A DNA stretch of 64,000 nt from Stellaceae bacterium (GCA_035945115.1 DASZAN010000123.1:28073-92072); one strand, 5' to 3'. Positions 10,010 to 20,616 are shown, counted from the first letter of the stretch. A program made the numbers and translations. The notes: a model not told the origin generated them from the sequence alone.

Positions 10010-10942
10010 ATGAAAATTCTCACTTGCAACAGCAATCGGCCGCTCGCCGAGGCGATTTCGGCCTACCTCGCAACGCCCCTCACCAATGCGAGCGTCAGGC
10101 GCTTCGCCGACATGGAGGTGTTCGTCGAGATCCACGAGAACGTCCGCGGCGAGGACGTCTTCGTCGTGCAGTCGACGTCATATCCCGCCAACGACAATCT
10201 GATGGAGCTGTTGGTGACGCTCGACGCGCTGAAGCGCGGCTCGGCCAGGCGCACCACCGCCGTCATCCCCTATTACGGCTATGCGCGCCAGGACCGGAAA
10301 TCGGGACCGCGCACGCCCATCTCGGCGAAACTCGTCGCCAACATGATCACCGCCGCCGGCGCCGACCGCGTGCTCACGCTCGATCTCCATTCCGGGCAGA
10401 TTCAAGGATTCTTCGATATCCCGACCGACAACCTCTATTCGGCGCCGGTCTTCGTCAAAGACATCAAGGAGCGCTATAACGGCGACGATCTCGTCATCGT
10501 CTCGCCCGATTCGGGCGGCGTGGTGCGGGCGCGCGCGGTGGCGCGGCGCTTGGACGCCGATCTCGCGATCATCGACAAGCGGCGCGAGCGCGCCGGCGTC
10601 TCCGAGGTCATGAACATCATCGGCGATGTCGACGGGCGCCGCTGCATCCTCATCGACGACATCGTCGACAGCGCCGGCACGCTCTGCAACGCCGCCGAAG
10701 CGCTGAAGGAGCGCGGTGCCAAATCGGTCGCCGCTTACGTGACGCACGGCGTCTTCTCGGGCGGCGCGGTGGCCCGCGTCACCGCCTCGCCGATGGAGGC
10801 GATGGTGACGACCGACAGCATTCTCGCCACCGAGGCGGTGCGGGTTGCCAAGAACATCCGCCAGCTCACCATCGCGCCGCTCATCGCCGAGGCGATCCAA
10901 CGCATCAGCGAGGAGCGGTCGGTCTCGAGCCTGTTCGACTAG
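10010..10942 (+). CDS. prs: ribose-phosphate pyrophosphokinase
   Basis: MKILTCNSN..., the PRPP-binding motif, and [14 protein letters not shown]. Confidence 0.9.
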   Translation: MKILTCNSNRPLAEAISAYLATPLTNASVRRFADMEVFVEIHENVRGEDVFVVQSTSYPANDNLMELLVTLDALKRGSARRTTAVIPYYGYARQDRKSGPRTPISAKLVANMITAAGADRVLTLDLHSGQIQGFFDIPTDNLYSAPVFVKDIKERYNGDDLVIVSPDSGGVVRARAVARRLDADLAIIDKRRERAGVSEVMNIIGDVDGRRCILIDDIVDSAGTLCNAAEALKERGAKSVAAYVTHGVFSGGAVARVTASPMEAMVTTDSILATEAVRVAKNIRQLTIAPLIAEAIQRISEERSVSSLFD

Positions 10943-11047
10943 GTCTTAGCGCGGGCGCCCCGGCACCCCTGGAGGCCGGCGCTCGCCAGCGGGGAAATCC
11001 GCGCAATGGCGCGCGGATCCGCGTGTTGAGGAGAGAAGGAGTTTGGG

Positions 11048-11854
11048 ATGAGCAACCTCGTCACCATCCGCGCCAGCGCGCGCGACCGGGCCGGAAAGGG
11101 GGCCGCCCGGGCGACGCGCCGCGAAGGTCGCGTTCCCGGCGTCATCTACGGCGAAAAGCAGCCGCCCGTGCTGATCAGCGTCGATCCCCGCGAGCTCATG
11201 GGGCATATGGGCAAGCAAGGATTCTTCGCGCGCCTCGTCAATGTCGAGTTGAACGGCAGCGCCGTGCGCGCGCTGCCGCGCGACGTGCAGCTCAATCCCG
11301 TCAGCGACAAGCCCGAGCATGTCGATTTCATGCGTGTCGGCGCCGACACCCGCGTCACCGTCGAGGTGCCGGTGGTGTTCGTGAACCAGGAGAAGTCGCC
11401 GGGCATCCGCCGCGGCGGCATCCTCAACATCGTGCGGCATGAGATCGAGCTCGTCTGCAAGGTCGACAACATCCCCGAGCGCATCATCGTCGACGTCGAG
11501 GGGCTCGAGATCGGCGACAGCATCCACATCAAGCAGGTGACCTTGCCGGCAGGCACGCGGCCCACCATCGCCCGCGACTTCACCGTCGCATCCGTGGCGG
11601 CGCCGACAGCGGTGCGCGAAGAGCAGGCGGCGGCGGCGGCGGCCGCGGCGGCGGCGGCCGCGGCAGCGGCCGAAGCGGAAGCGGCGGGGATCGTGCCAGC
11701 GGTGCCGGGGGCACCGGGCGCACCTGGTGCACCGGGTGCGACGCCGAGCGCAGCGCCAGGCGCAGCGGCGCCGGGCGCACCTGGTGCTCCGGCCGCAGGC
11801 GCAGCGGCGGCACCGGCAAAGGAAACGGGCGGCGCGGGCAAGGGCAGAGGCTGA
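11048..11854 (+). CDS. rplY: 50S ribosomal protein L25 / general stress protein Ctc, with a long Ala/Pro/Gly-rich C-terminal tail
   Basis: The N-terminal L25/Ctc domain is followed by poly-Ala and PGAPGAPGAPG repeats. Confidence 0.85.
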   Translation: MSNLVTIRASARDRAGKGAARATRREGRVPGVIYGEKQPPVLISVDPRELMGHMGKQGFFARLVNVELNGSAVRALPRDVQLNPVSDKPEHVDFMRVGADTRVTVEVPVVFVNQEKSPGIRRGGILNIVRHEIELVCKVDNIPERIIVDVEGLEIGDSIHIKQVTLPAGTRPTIARDFTVASVAAPTAVREEQAAAAAAAAAAAAAAAEAEAAGIVPAVPGAPGAPGAPGATPSAAPGAAAPGAPGAPAAGAAAAPAKETGGAGKGRG

Positions 11855-11858
11855 GCCC

Positions 11859-12494
11859 TTGGCGCTTCGGCTGCTGGTGGGGCTCGGCAATCCCGGCGCC
11901 CGCTACGCGCGCAACCGGCACAATATCGGCTTCATGGCGGTGGACGCAGTCCACCGCCGCCACCGCTTGCAGCATTATCGCGCCAAATTCGAAGCCGAAA
12001 TCGCCGAGGGTGAGATCGGCGGCGAGCGCGTCTATGCGCTGAAGCCCATGACCTTCATGAATGGCTCGGGCGAGGCGGTGGGCGCAGCGGCGCGCTTCTA
12101 CAAGATCGCACCCCAAGAGATCGCCGTGCTCTATGACGAGATCGACCTCGCGCCGGGGAAGCTCCGCGTCAAGCAGGGCGGCGGCGCCGCCGGCCATAAC
12201 GGCATCCGCTCCGTCGATGAGGCCATCGGCGAAGATTTCTGGCGTGTCCGCCTCGGCGTCGGCCATCCCGGCGTCAAGGAGCTGGTCCATCCCTATGTGC
12301 TCAGCAACTTCCCGGCCGAAGAATTAACCGAGTGGGTGGCGCCGCTGCTCGAGGCGGTCGCCGAAGCGATTCCGGTGCTGGTGGCGGGCGATGCCGCGGG
12401 CTTCATGAACAAGGTGGCGCTCATCCGCAATCCACCCGCGCCGAAGCCGCCGCGGCGCGACGGCGGCGAGACCTCCGAGGGAAGCAAGGAATAG
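11859..12494 (+). CDS. pth: peptidyl-tRNA hydrolase
   Basis: LLVGLGNPGARYARNRHNIGF with a TTG start 5 nt after the rplY stop. The rplY-pth-ychF gene order is conserved. Confidence 0.85.
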   Translation: MALRLLVGLGNPGARYARNRHNIGFMAVDAVHRRHRLQHYRAKFEAEIAEGEIGGERVYALKPMTFMNGSGEAVGAAARFYKIAPQEIAVLYDEIDLAPGKLRVKQGGGAAGHNGIRSVDEAIGEDFWRVRLGVGHPGVKELVHPYVLSNFPAEELTEWVAPLLEAVAEAIPVLVAGDAAGFMNKVALIRNPPAPKPPRRDGGETSEGSKE

Positions 12495-12503
12495 CGGCGG
12501 CAA

Positions 12504-13604
12504 ATGGGCTTCAATTGCGGCATTGTCGGCCTTCCCAATGTCGGGAAGAGCACACTCTTCAACGCGCTCACCGCGACGCAAGCGGCGGAGGCGGCGAACT
12601 ATCCCTTCTGCACGATCGAGCCCAATCTCGGCCGCGTCGCCGTTCCCGACGAGCGGCTCGAGGTCGCCGCCAAACTCGCGAAGTCGGCCAAGGTCATTGC
12701 GACGCAGCTTGAGTTCGTCGACATCGCGGGTCTCGTGCGCGGCGCCTCCCGCGGCGAAGGCCTGGGCAACCAGTTCTTGGGCCACATCCGCGCCGTCGAC
12801 GCGATCGCCCATGTGCTGCGCTGCTTCGAGGACCGCAACATCACTCATGTGGAAGGCGCGATCGATCCCATCCGCGACGCCGAGACGGTGGAGACGGAGC
12901 TCATGCTCGCCGATCTCGAGAGCCTCGAGCGGCGGCTCCAAGCGACGCAGAAGAAGGCGCGCGGCGCCGACAAGGAGGCGAAGGCGCAGGCGGCGGTCAT
13001 GGAAGCGGCGCTGGCGCGCTTGCGTGAGGGGAAGCCGGCGCGCGGCATGGCGCTCTCAGCCGAAGAGAGCGCGATTCTCAGGAGCTTCGAGCTGCTCTCG
13101 GCGAAGCCCGTGCTCTACATCGCCAATGTCGAGGAGAGCGCCGCGGCCAGCGGCAATGCGCAATCATCGCGCGTCGCCGAGTATGCGAAAGAGCGGAACG
13201 CCGAGAGCGTCGTCATTTCCGCCGCCATCGAAGCCGAGGTGGCGCATCTCGCCGATGAGAGCGAGAAGCGCGAATTCCTCGCCCATCTCGGCCTCGAGGA
13301 AGCAGGGCTCGCGCGCCTCATCCGTGCGGGCTATCGCCTCCTCGACCTCGTCACCTTCTTCACCGTCGGCCCCAAGGAAGCGCATGCCTGGACGGTGGCC
13401 AAAGGCACGAGAGCGCCGCAAGCCGCCGGCGCCATCCACACGGATTTCGAAAAAGGCTTCATCCGCGCGGAGGTGATCTCATACGACGATTTCGTCGCGA
13501 ACGGCGGCGAGCAAGGCGCCAAGGACGCCGGCAAGATGCGCCTCGAAGGCGCTGAGTATGTCGTGCAGGATGGCGACATCCTCTACGTGCGCTTCAATGT
13601 GTGA
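12504..13604 (+). CDS. ychF: redox-regulated ribosome-binding ATPase YchF
   Basis: GIVGLPNVGKSTLFNALT P-loop, the TGS domain at the C-terminus. Confidence 0.9.
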   Translation: MGFNCGIVGLPNVGKSTLFNALTATQAAEAANYPFCTIEPNLGRVAVPDERLEVAAKLAKSAKVIATQLEFVDIAGLVRGASRGEGLGNQFLGHIRAVDAIAHVLRCFEDRNITHVEGAIDPIRDAETVETELMLADLESLERRLQATQKKARGADKEAKAQAAVMEAALARLREGKPARGMALSAEESAILRSFELLSAKPVLYIANVEESAAASGNAQSSRVAEYAKERNAESVVISAAIEAEVAHLADESEKREFLAHLGLEEAGLARLIRAGYRLLDLVTFFTVGPKEAHAWTVAKGTRAPQAAGAIHTDFEKGFIRAEVISYDDFVANGGEQGAKDAGKMRLEGAEYVVQDGDILYVRFNV

Positions 13605-13711
13605 GGTTCGGGGACGGCTCCTATGCGCATCTCGACCTGGCAACGGTTTTTTTACGCATTTTGACGCAGAATCGTTGAGAAAGCTCCTCTCTCACTGCGG
13701 AGGCTTGGTCG

Positions 13712-16288
13712 ATGCCGCGCGGAGCGATCGAGGAGAGGGTGCGCCATGCACCCGCCTCATCCGAGGCCATCTGCAACGTCGAAGTGGGCAGCGGCTCGAG
13801 CGCTGCAGAGGATGCCTTTGACGCCGGCGCCGCCGCCGCTCGCGCCGCCATCGCCTCGATCAAGCGCCACCCGCTTTCCGCCCTGATCGTCTATGCGTCG
13901 TCGCGTTACGATGCCGCCGAAATCCTCCACGGCGTCGCCAGCGTGGTGAGCGACAAGACGCCCGTCTTCGGCGTAACGACGGCCGGAGAAGTCGCCAATG
14001 GCCGCACGACGCGGAGCGTCACCGTGGCGGCGCTCGCCTCGCCCCATCTCGTCGTCCATTGCGGCGTCGGCACGCATGTGTCTCGCGATTGGAAGGGCGC
14101 GCTCGCGGCGGCGATCGCCGCGCGCGCGATCCGTCCCTTCTTCGACATGTCAACGGCGGTGCGCCAGCAGTTGGTCCGCGAGGGCAAGAGCGTCTTCGCC
14201 ATGCTCTTCGCGCCAGGAAATACGCGGCATCACGATTCGCGCGGCTTCGAGCTCTTGGAAATGCTGAAGGCGCAATCGCTGGGATATTTCCCGGTCGTCG
14301 GCGGCGCCGCCGCCGATGATTGGTGCTTGGAGAAGAACGCAGTTCTCCTCGGCCGAGACGTCTACACCGACGGCGTGTTGATCGCCATCTTCGAGACCAA
14401 GCTGCAAATCGGCATTGGCCTCGGGCACGGGTTCCGCTCGACCGGACGGACGACCACCGTCACCGACTCGCGCGGCCAGGAGCTCTTGGCGCTCGACGGC
14501 CGGAAAGCCGCCGACGTCATCGCCGAGCTGGTCGGCCAGCCGCGGGAATCGCTGACCGGCAAGCATGTGACCCTAACCACCGGCCACGTCGTCGGCATCG
14601 CCAACGCCATGGGGCAATTCGGGATCAGCGTGTGCACGTTCATGACCGCCAGTGGCGGTGTGCGGATGTCGCAGCCGGTCGCCCCCGGCACGGTCCTCAG
14701 CATCATGGAGCCGGACCCGGACCATATGCGGGCCGCCGGCGCCGATGCCGTGCAGAAGGCGATGCTTCGCGGCGCGGTCACGCAGCCGGCCATCGCGCTC
14801 GTGAACTATTGTGCGCTCCGAGCGCGCATCGTCGGCGCGGAGGAGGCGCACCGCGAGCTGGTCGATATGGCGCGCCCGATCGGCGATGCGCCTCTGGTCG
14901 GCTTTTGCAGCTTCGGCGAGGCGGGACTTGGCGATGACGGCATCAGCCGGCATGCAAACGCCGCCATTTCCGTGCTTGTCATTGGCAAGGAGCTGTCGCA
15001 TGCCGCGCGGGTCGCGCTTGAAGCGGAGGACCTGCGCAAGGCGCTTGAACGGAAGACCGAGGAATTGGAGCAACGCGTTGCCGCTCGCACGCGCGAGCTG
15101 CAAATCGAGAAGGAGCGCGCCGAGGCCGCCGAACGGAAGCTCGCCCACGCCCAAGCGCAGCTCATCGACGCGATCGAAACCCTGCCGGAAGGCTTCGTCT
15201 TCTACGACTCGAGCGACCGCCTCGTCCTCTGCAACCAAAAGTACCGGGAGCGCTATCCCGAATCGGCCGATCTCTTAGTTGCCGGCGCTCGCTTTGAATC
15301 GGTGCTGCGCGACGGACTCGCGCGCGGGCAATATCCGGAGGCGGCTGGCCGCGAGAATGAATGGTTGGCGCAGCGAATGGCCGTTCACCGCCAGCCCTAT
15401 GCCAGCTTCGAGCAGCAAGGAGCGAACGGACGATGGCTCCAGGTGATCGAGCGCCGCACGAACGACGGCGGCACCGTCGGCATCCGCATCGACATCACGG
15501 AGCGAAAGCTGAGGGAATCGGAGCTGCTGCGCGCCAAGGAGACGGCGGAAGTGGCGAGCCGCACGAAGACCGAATTCCTCGCCAATATGAGCCACGAGCT
15601 GCGCACGCCCTTGAACGCGATCATCGGCTTTTCCGACGCGCTCAGTCTCGGCGCAATGGGCGGTGAGCTCAGTCCGAAGCACCGCGGCTACGTTGACGAC
15701 ATCCATCGCTCCGGCATTCATCTGCTCGAGATCATCAACGATGTTCTCGATCTTTCGAAGATCGAGGCCGGTCACCTTGCGCTGCACCCACAGCCGACGA
15801 GCATCGCAGAAATCCTCGGCGTCTGCGAACGTTTGATCCGCGAGCGAGCGCGCGCCAGCGGCATCAAATTCGCGATTGCCATGCCGCCCGACCTGCCGGC
15901 CGTGATCGCCGATCCGCTGCGCATGAAGCAGATCCTGCTGAACCTGCTGTCCAATGCTGTCAAGTTCACGCAGCAGGGCGGCCGCGTCGACCTCACGGTC
16001 TCCTGCACCCCAAGCGACCTCAGCTTCGTCGTCGCGGACACCGGCATCGGCATGCACCCACAAGACATTCTTGTCGCCCTCGAGCCCTTCCGACAAATCG
16101 ACGGATCATTGGCGCGGCGCCACCAAGGCACCGGCCTCGGGCTGCCGCTCGCCAAACGGCTGACCGAACTTCACGACGGACGCCTCGAGATCGCAAGCGA
16201 GCCGGGCAAAGGCACGCAGGTCTCGGTTTCGCTGCCGAGCTCGCGATTAGTGCCAGCGCCGCCCGCTCCCACCGTGGACTTGCAATAG
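13712..16288 (+). CDS. cytoplasmic sensor histidine kinase with N-terminal FIST (N+C) domains, a PAS domain, HisKA and HATPase_c
   Basis: The FIST region spans roughly residues 30-420. A coiled linker follows, then a PAS segment (LPEGFVFYDSSDRLVLCNQKYRE), the H-box (MSHELRTPLNAI), and the N/G boxes. Confidence 0.8.
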   Translation: MPRGAIEERVRHAPASSEAICNVEVGSGSSAAEDAFDAGAAAARAAIASIKRHPLSALIVYASSRYDAAEILHGVASVVSDKTPVFGVTTAGEVANGRTTRSVTVAALASPHLVVHCGVGTHVSRDWKGALAAAIAARAIRPFFDMSTAVRQQLVREGKSVFAMLFAPGNTRHHDSRGFELLEMLKAQSLGYFPVVGGAAADDWCLEKNAVLLGRDVYTDGVLIAIFETKLQIGIGLGHGFRSTGRTTTVTDSRGQELLALDGRKAADVIAELVGQPRESLTGKHVTLTTGHVVGIANAMGQFGISVCTFMTASGGVRMSQPVAPGTVLSIMEPDPDHMRAAGADAVQKAMLRGAVTQPAIALVNYCALRARIVGAEEAHRELVDMARPIGDAPLVGFCSFGEAGLGDDGISRHANAAISVLVIGKELSHAARVALEAEDLRKALERKTEELEQRVAARTRELQIEKERAEAAERKLAHAQAQLIDAIETLPEGFVFYDSSDRLVLCNQKYRERYPESADLLVAGARFESVLRDGLARGQYPEAAGRENEWLAQRMAVHRQPYASFEQQGANGRWLQVIERRTNDGGTVGIRIDITERKLRESELLRAKETAEVASRTKTEFLANMSHELRTPLNAIIGFSDALSLGAMGGELSPKHRGYVDDIHRSGIHLLEIINDVLDLSKIEAGHLALHPQPTSIAEILGVCERLIRERARASGIKFAIAMPPDLPAVIADPLRMKQILLNLLSNAVKFTQQGGRVDLTVSCTPSDLSFVVADTGIGMHPQDILVALEPFRQIDGSLARRHQGTGLGLPLAKRLTELHDGRLEIASEPGKGTQVSVSLPSSRLVPAPPAPTVDLQ

Positions 16289-16411
16289 GGGGCAGGCCCG
16301 GCGACATTCGCCGCCGGTGCCAAAGACCGGTGTCAAGGACGCCGGCAAGATGCGGCTTGCCCGCAATGCCCCGAGTTTTTCGCGCTCAGCATCGGCGACT
16401 CCCTGAACCCG

Positions 16412-17800
16412 TCAGGCGGCAACCAAGCGCCTCTCGATCGCCCACGCCAAGGTGTCATCGAGGGCGCGCTCGATCCGCACCAGCAACTCGTCGATCTCGC
16501 TTTCAGTCACGATCAGCGGTGGACACAAATTGACGACGTCGCCGAGACCCCGCGTGATCACACCGTGCGAAAGCGCGCACTTGGCCACATGGGCGGCGAC
16601 GGCATCGGCGGGCGCGAAGTTCTCGCGCGTACGCTTGTCCTTGACGAGCTCGAGTCCGGCGACAAGGCCAACGCCGCGCGCCTCGCCGACGAGCGCGTGC
16701 GCGCCGAGGCGCCGCACCCGCTCTTGGAAGCGAGGTGCCACACGGCGCACATGGCCGACGATGTCGCGATCCTCGTAGATCCTAAGCGTCTCCAAAGCCA
16801 CCGCGGCGGCAACGGGGTGGCCGCCATAGGTGAAGCCATGGCCGAAGGTGCCGATTTTTTCGCTCTGCTGCACCGTCGCGCGGTAGATCTTTTCGTTGAT
16901 CATGAGCGCGGAGATCGGCTGATAGGCGGCCGAGAGCTGCTTCGCCATCGTCATCATGTCGGGCTGGAGACGGTACGTCTCCGTCCCAAACATATTGCCG
17001 GTGCGGCCGAAGCCGCAGATCACCTCGTCGGCGATAAGCAAGACGTCGTATTTGCGCAGGATCTCCTGGACCTGCTCGAAATAAGTACGCGGCGGCACGA
17101 TGCAGCCGCCCGACACCATGACGGGCTCGGCGATGAAGGCGCCGACGGTCTCGGGCCCTTCGCGGAGAATGAGCGCCTCGAGCGATTGGGCGCAACGCGT
17201 CGCGAACGCCTCTTCACTCTCGCCCGCTCGTCCAAAGCGGTAGTAGCCCGGGCAATCCGTGTGGAGGACGCGGCCGATCGGCAGATCGAAATCGCGATGA
17301 TTGTTGGGAAGGCCCGTCAGGCTCGCGGCGGCGACCGTGACGCCGTGATACGCCCTGATGCGCGAGATGATCTTCTTCTTCTCCGGCTTGCCGATGGCGT
17401 TGTGGTAGTACCAGACGAGCTTCACCGCGCTGTCATTGGCCTCGGAGCCGGAATTGGCGAAGAAGACTTTCGACATCGGCACCGGCGCAAGCCCAATGAG
17501 GCGCTCGGCGAGCTCGATCCCCGGCTCGTTCGATTTGCCGCCGAACACGTGATAGAACGGCAAGGTGCGCAACTGCCGCACCGCGGCATCGACGAGGCGC
17601 TCTTCGCTGAAGCCCAACGAGGCGCAGAACAAGCCGCCCAACCCTTCGATGTAGCGATTGCCCGCGTCGTCGAAGACATAGATCCCCTCGCCCCGCGTGA
17701 TGACGAGCGGCCCCTCCTTCTCATGCGCGGCGAGATTCGTGTAGGGGTGCAGATAGTAGGCGATGTCGCGAGCTTGCGCGGAATTGAGGCGAGCGCTCAT
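16412..17800 (-). CDS. class III (omega) aminotransferase, aspartate aminotransferase family
   Basis: The start is at MSARLNSAQ. Motifs GLGGLFCASLGF and ADEVICGFGRTG are typical of omega-transaminases. Confidence 0.85.
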   Translation of the reverse strand: MSARLNSAQARDIAYYLHPYTNLAAHEKEGPLVITRGEGIYVFDDAGNRYIEGLGGLFCASLGFSEERLVDAAVRQLRTLPFYHVFGGKSNEPGIELAERLIGLAPVPMSKVFFANSGSEANDSAVKLVWYYHNAIGKPEKKKIISRIRAYHGVTVAAASLTGLPNNHRDFDLPIGRVLHTDCPGYYRFGRAGESEEAFATRCAQSLEALILREGPETVGAFIAEPVMVSGGCIVPPRTYFEQVQEILRKYDVLLIADEVICGFGRTGNMFGTETYRLQPDMMTMAKQLSAAYQPISALMINEKIYRATVQQSEKIGTFGHGFTYGGHPVAAAVALETLRIYEDRDIVGHVRRVAPRFQERVRRLGAHALVGEARGVGLVAGLELVKDKRTRENFAPADAVAAHVAKCALSHGVITRGLGDVVNLCPPLIVTESEIDELLVRIERALDDTLAWAIERRLVAA

Positions 17801-18051
17801 GGGATGCCTCCGGCAACAGCGCCCGACGAACGCCGCCTCGTCGAGATCCGGGAGCTGCGTTGCGTCAGGCCGATATGGAATGCCAAATGGTATACCAACT
17901 GAGGCCGACGCGTCAAAAGCGGCTCGTGTCGCCTCAGTTTGGGTGTGACCGCTCGCACCGGCAAGCCGGATAACGCAGCGTCGGCCGAACATCCGCTTAG
18001 CCCCCGATCGCGGCGCAAAAGCGAACATGGCGAGAGGACCGGGTTGTGCCA

Positions 18052-18110
18052 CAACCGGAAGTCAGTCGGTTGTTCAATCGCCTCGTCGGCGCCGGCAAGA
18101 CGGGACGGGG
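18052..18110 (-). pseudogene. remnant of the C-terminus of a PF04392-type ABC substrate-binding protein gene
   Basis: The minus-strand translation CLPPSRLAGADEAIEQPTD* matches the conserved C-terminus (VLPPTIMVRADEVIE*) of the four intact paralogs. Nothing of the gene remains upstream. Confidence 0.5.
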
Positions 18111-18164
18111 GAAGACACTCGCGACCGCCACCGCGACGAAGAAGTTTCCGCCGAGCTGATCGAG

Positions 18165-19205
18165 CTAGACCGTTCGCAGGAACTCCACCACGGCTGCGTT
18201 TACTTCGGCCGCGCGCTCCTGCTGAACGTGATGGCCGGTGTCGGGGATGATATGTGTCCCTTTGAGGCCGGGAACCGTATTCGGCAGTTGCCGAAGAGCC
18301 TCTGCGCCAAACCCTTTTATGAAAGCATCTTCGCTGCCAGCGATAAAGAGAGCGGGCTGCCGTACTTTCGTGCCTTCCCATGCCGCCGACAATTCCCAAT
18401 TACGATCGATATTGCGATACCAATTCAGCCCACCTCGAAAGCCCGTGCGCTTATATGTGTCGACGTAGTAAGCGACATCCTCCTCAGTCAACCAGGATGG
18501 CGTCTGGTCCGGCACGATGCTTTCGCCAAGGAACCCTTGGCCGGGCTTCATCATCAGTGATACGCCCTTGCCGTAGAGCATAGTTCGCATCGTCCGATCA
18601 ATATCCCGCTCGAACTCGGCCTCAGCGACACCGGGTGTCTGAAAATACTGCGCATAAAAAGTCGTCGTCCCCGCATCCCGAAGAGCTTTCAACGGTGCCT
18701 CTGGTCCCCGCGGGAAATAGGGATTCATGGCAACGACGGCGCGAAAAACATCAGGTCTGAGCTGCGCACAGGCCCACCCGACGAACGCGCCCCAGTCATG
18801 GCCGATGATGACAGCCTGCTTTCCGCCAAGTGTCGAGACGAGTTGAACCATGTCGCCGACATTGTGGACAATCGTGTACGCCGATATGTCCTCGGGCGCG
18901 TCGGTCTGACCAAAACCACGCATATCGGGCGCAACTGCATGAAAGCCCGCGTCTGCGAGCGCGCGAAGCTGGTGCCGCCACGAATACCAGCACTCTGGCC
19001 ACCCATGGCAAAGAAGCACGAGCGGCCCTTGACCCTGTTCGGCGATGTGAAAGCGAATGCCAATCAGCCTAACCATCCGATGCGTCAGTTCGTTCTGCAT
19101 ATTTTGCTCATCATCGGCAGCGACGGCACGTGGGATGAAAGCAGGCGTCAACGTTGAGAGGGCAAGTGCCTGGAGGAAGGTCCGCCGTTCATATGGACCA
19201 ATCAT
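18165..19205 (-). CDS. alpha/beta hydrolase (epoxide-hydrolase-like), Tat signal
   Basis: RRTFLQALALS is a twin-arginine signal. HGWPECWYSWRHQ and GHDWGA provide the nucleophile elbow. GC content is noticeably lower than that of the neighbours. Confidence 0.8.
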   Translation of the reverse strand: MIGPYERRTFLQALALSTLTPAFIPRAVAADDEQNMQNELTHRMVRLIGIRFHIAEQGQGPLVLLCHGWPECWYSWRHQLRALADAGFHAVAPDMRGFGQTDAPEDISAYTIVHNVGDMVQLVSTLGGKQAVIIGHDWGAFVGWACAQLRPDVFRAVVAMNPYFPRGPEAPLKALRDAGTTTFYAQYFQTPGVAEAEFERDIDRTMRTMLYGKGVSLMMKPGQGFLGESIVPDQTPSWLTEEDVAYYVDTYKRTGFRGGLNWYRNIDRNWELSAAWEGTKVRQPALFIAGSEDAFIKGFGAEALRQLPNTVPGLKGTHIIPDTGHHVQQERAAEVNAAVVEFLRTV

Positions 19206-19262
19206 GATGGCTCTCCTTGCATCCAACCCGCTACCCATTCAACGCGAATAGACTCGCGGCCC

Positions 19263-20249
19263 TTACTCAATCACCTCGTCGGCGCGGACCATGATTGTTG
19301 GTGGAAGCACCACGTCGAGCGCCTTTGCAGTCTTCATATTCACAACTAGGGTAAATCTCGTTGGCTCCTCGACTGGCAAGTCCGACGGTCGCGCTCCCCT
19401 AACTATCTGGTCGGCTAAAGCAGCCGTGCGGCGGTAACTCTCCGCTAATGATGGCCCGAAAGACATCAAGCCGCCGTCCTGCACCTCCGGCGGAAAGGAG
19501 TGGATGGAAGGGAGATGATGAGCAAGCGCCAGCTCGGCGACTTGCTTCCGCCGCCCGAACAGTGCGTTGTCGGTCATGAAGACTAGGCCTTGTGCCCCAG
19601 CTCTTACCGCGTCGTCGAATGCCGGGGCCAAATCATCGACTCCCGCGAGTTCGCGCGGATAGACTTCGATGGCCAATCTCGAGGCTGAGCGGCGAATGTC
19701 ATCGAGCATCGCCGCATTCTCAAGCAGTGAAGCGCTCCAGATCACCGCCACGCGCTTCGCGCTTGGAATAGCATCCACGAGCAGCTCCAGACGCTTGCCG
19801 CCTAGCTCCGCTTCGCTATAAGCAACTCCGGTGAAATTCCCCCCGGGATGCGCGAGGCTTTCGACGATGCCGAGCCCAACCGGGTCCGCGACGGATTGGA
19901 AGACGACGGGCGTCACGAGACCCGCGCGTTTGATCGCCAGGACAGCGGGAGACGTAATGGCGATGATCACGGTTGGCTTCTCGGCGCCAAGATGCTCGAC
20001 GAGCATTCTTAAGCGCTCCTCATTTCCTTCGGCGCCGAGCAGTTCAATTTCAGCGGTGCGGCCATCCTCGTAGCCGAGCGCGCGAAGCTCCGCGAACAAG
20101 TATTGGACTGGTGATCGATTTGGGAAGCCACTGTGCAGGATGCTGATGTGCGGTCGTCCTTGCGCAGATGTGGGGGTTGCACCGGCGATAAGCAGCGCTG
20201 CGGTAGCTGTTGCTGGGCCGAAGAGAGCAATGAACGTCCGCCGCCTCAT
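19263..20249 (-). CDS. ABC transporter substrate-binding protein, PF04392/COG2984 family (paralog 1)
   Basis: Tat-like MRRRTFIALFG start. The C-terminus LPPTIMVRADEVIE is shared by all paralogs. Confidence 0.8.
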   Translation of the reverse strand: MRRRTFIALFGPATATAALLIAGATPTSAQGRPHISILHSGFPNRSPVQYLFAELRALGYEDGRTAEIELLGAEGNEERLRMLVEHLGAEKPTVIIAITSPAVLAIKRAGLVTPVVFQSVADPVGLGIVESLAHPGGNFTGVAYSEAELGGKRLELLVDAIPSAKRVAVIWSASLLENAAMLDDIRRSASRLAIEVYPRELAGVDDLAPAFDDAVRAGAQGLVFMTDNALFGRRKQVAELALAHHLPSIHSFPPEVQDGGLMSFGPSLAESYRRTAALADQIVRGARPSDLPVEEPTRFTLVVNMKTAKALDVVLPPTIMVRADEVIE

Positions 20250-20616
20250 TTGTCCCCCTTATTCGTCGGACGCGGCGTGACCAAGCTGCGCCCAATCGCT
20301 CCTATTCTATCAGGCTACAAGAGGAAGGCGTGTGCGAAACGTCACAGCTTCTGGCTCTTTCCGGCTTCCGGCACTCGCCATCGCTGCCGCAATCGCGACG
20401 TCTGAGTTGGGTCAACAGCAGCGGTCGAGACAGCGCCCGCATCGCGTCTGCGTACCCGCGGATTGTGTTGTCAAACTCGGTTTTTCTCGGCGAACCGGAC
20501 CCAGAGTTGCGGATTTGCCGCCTCACGCCGGGCTGCCTGGCATAAGTCTAGGCTGGGCAGGCAGATCCCGCCGTTGGCGGCGCGCGCCAGAGGAGTTTGG
20601 CAAGTCGTCTCAGGTT

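Noticed and set aside
10946-11890. 314-aa minus-strand ORF rich in Arg/Cys, and other long ORFs on the strand opposite rplY/pth
   Set aside because: Antisense to ribosomal protein L25 and pth; a high-GC artefact including the poly-Ala microsatellite read as poly-Arg/Cys.
16330-16360. 22-nt match (caaggacgccggcaagatgcg) between the HK-aminotransferase spacer and the inside of ychF (13520)
   Set aside because: Short, isolated identity; most likely chance or a trivial microduplication.
18027-18560. 177-aa plus-strand ORF
   Set aside because: Overlaps the alpha/beta hydrolase on the opposite strand; no family resemblance.
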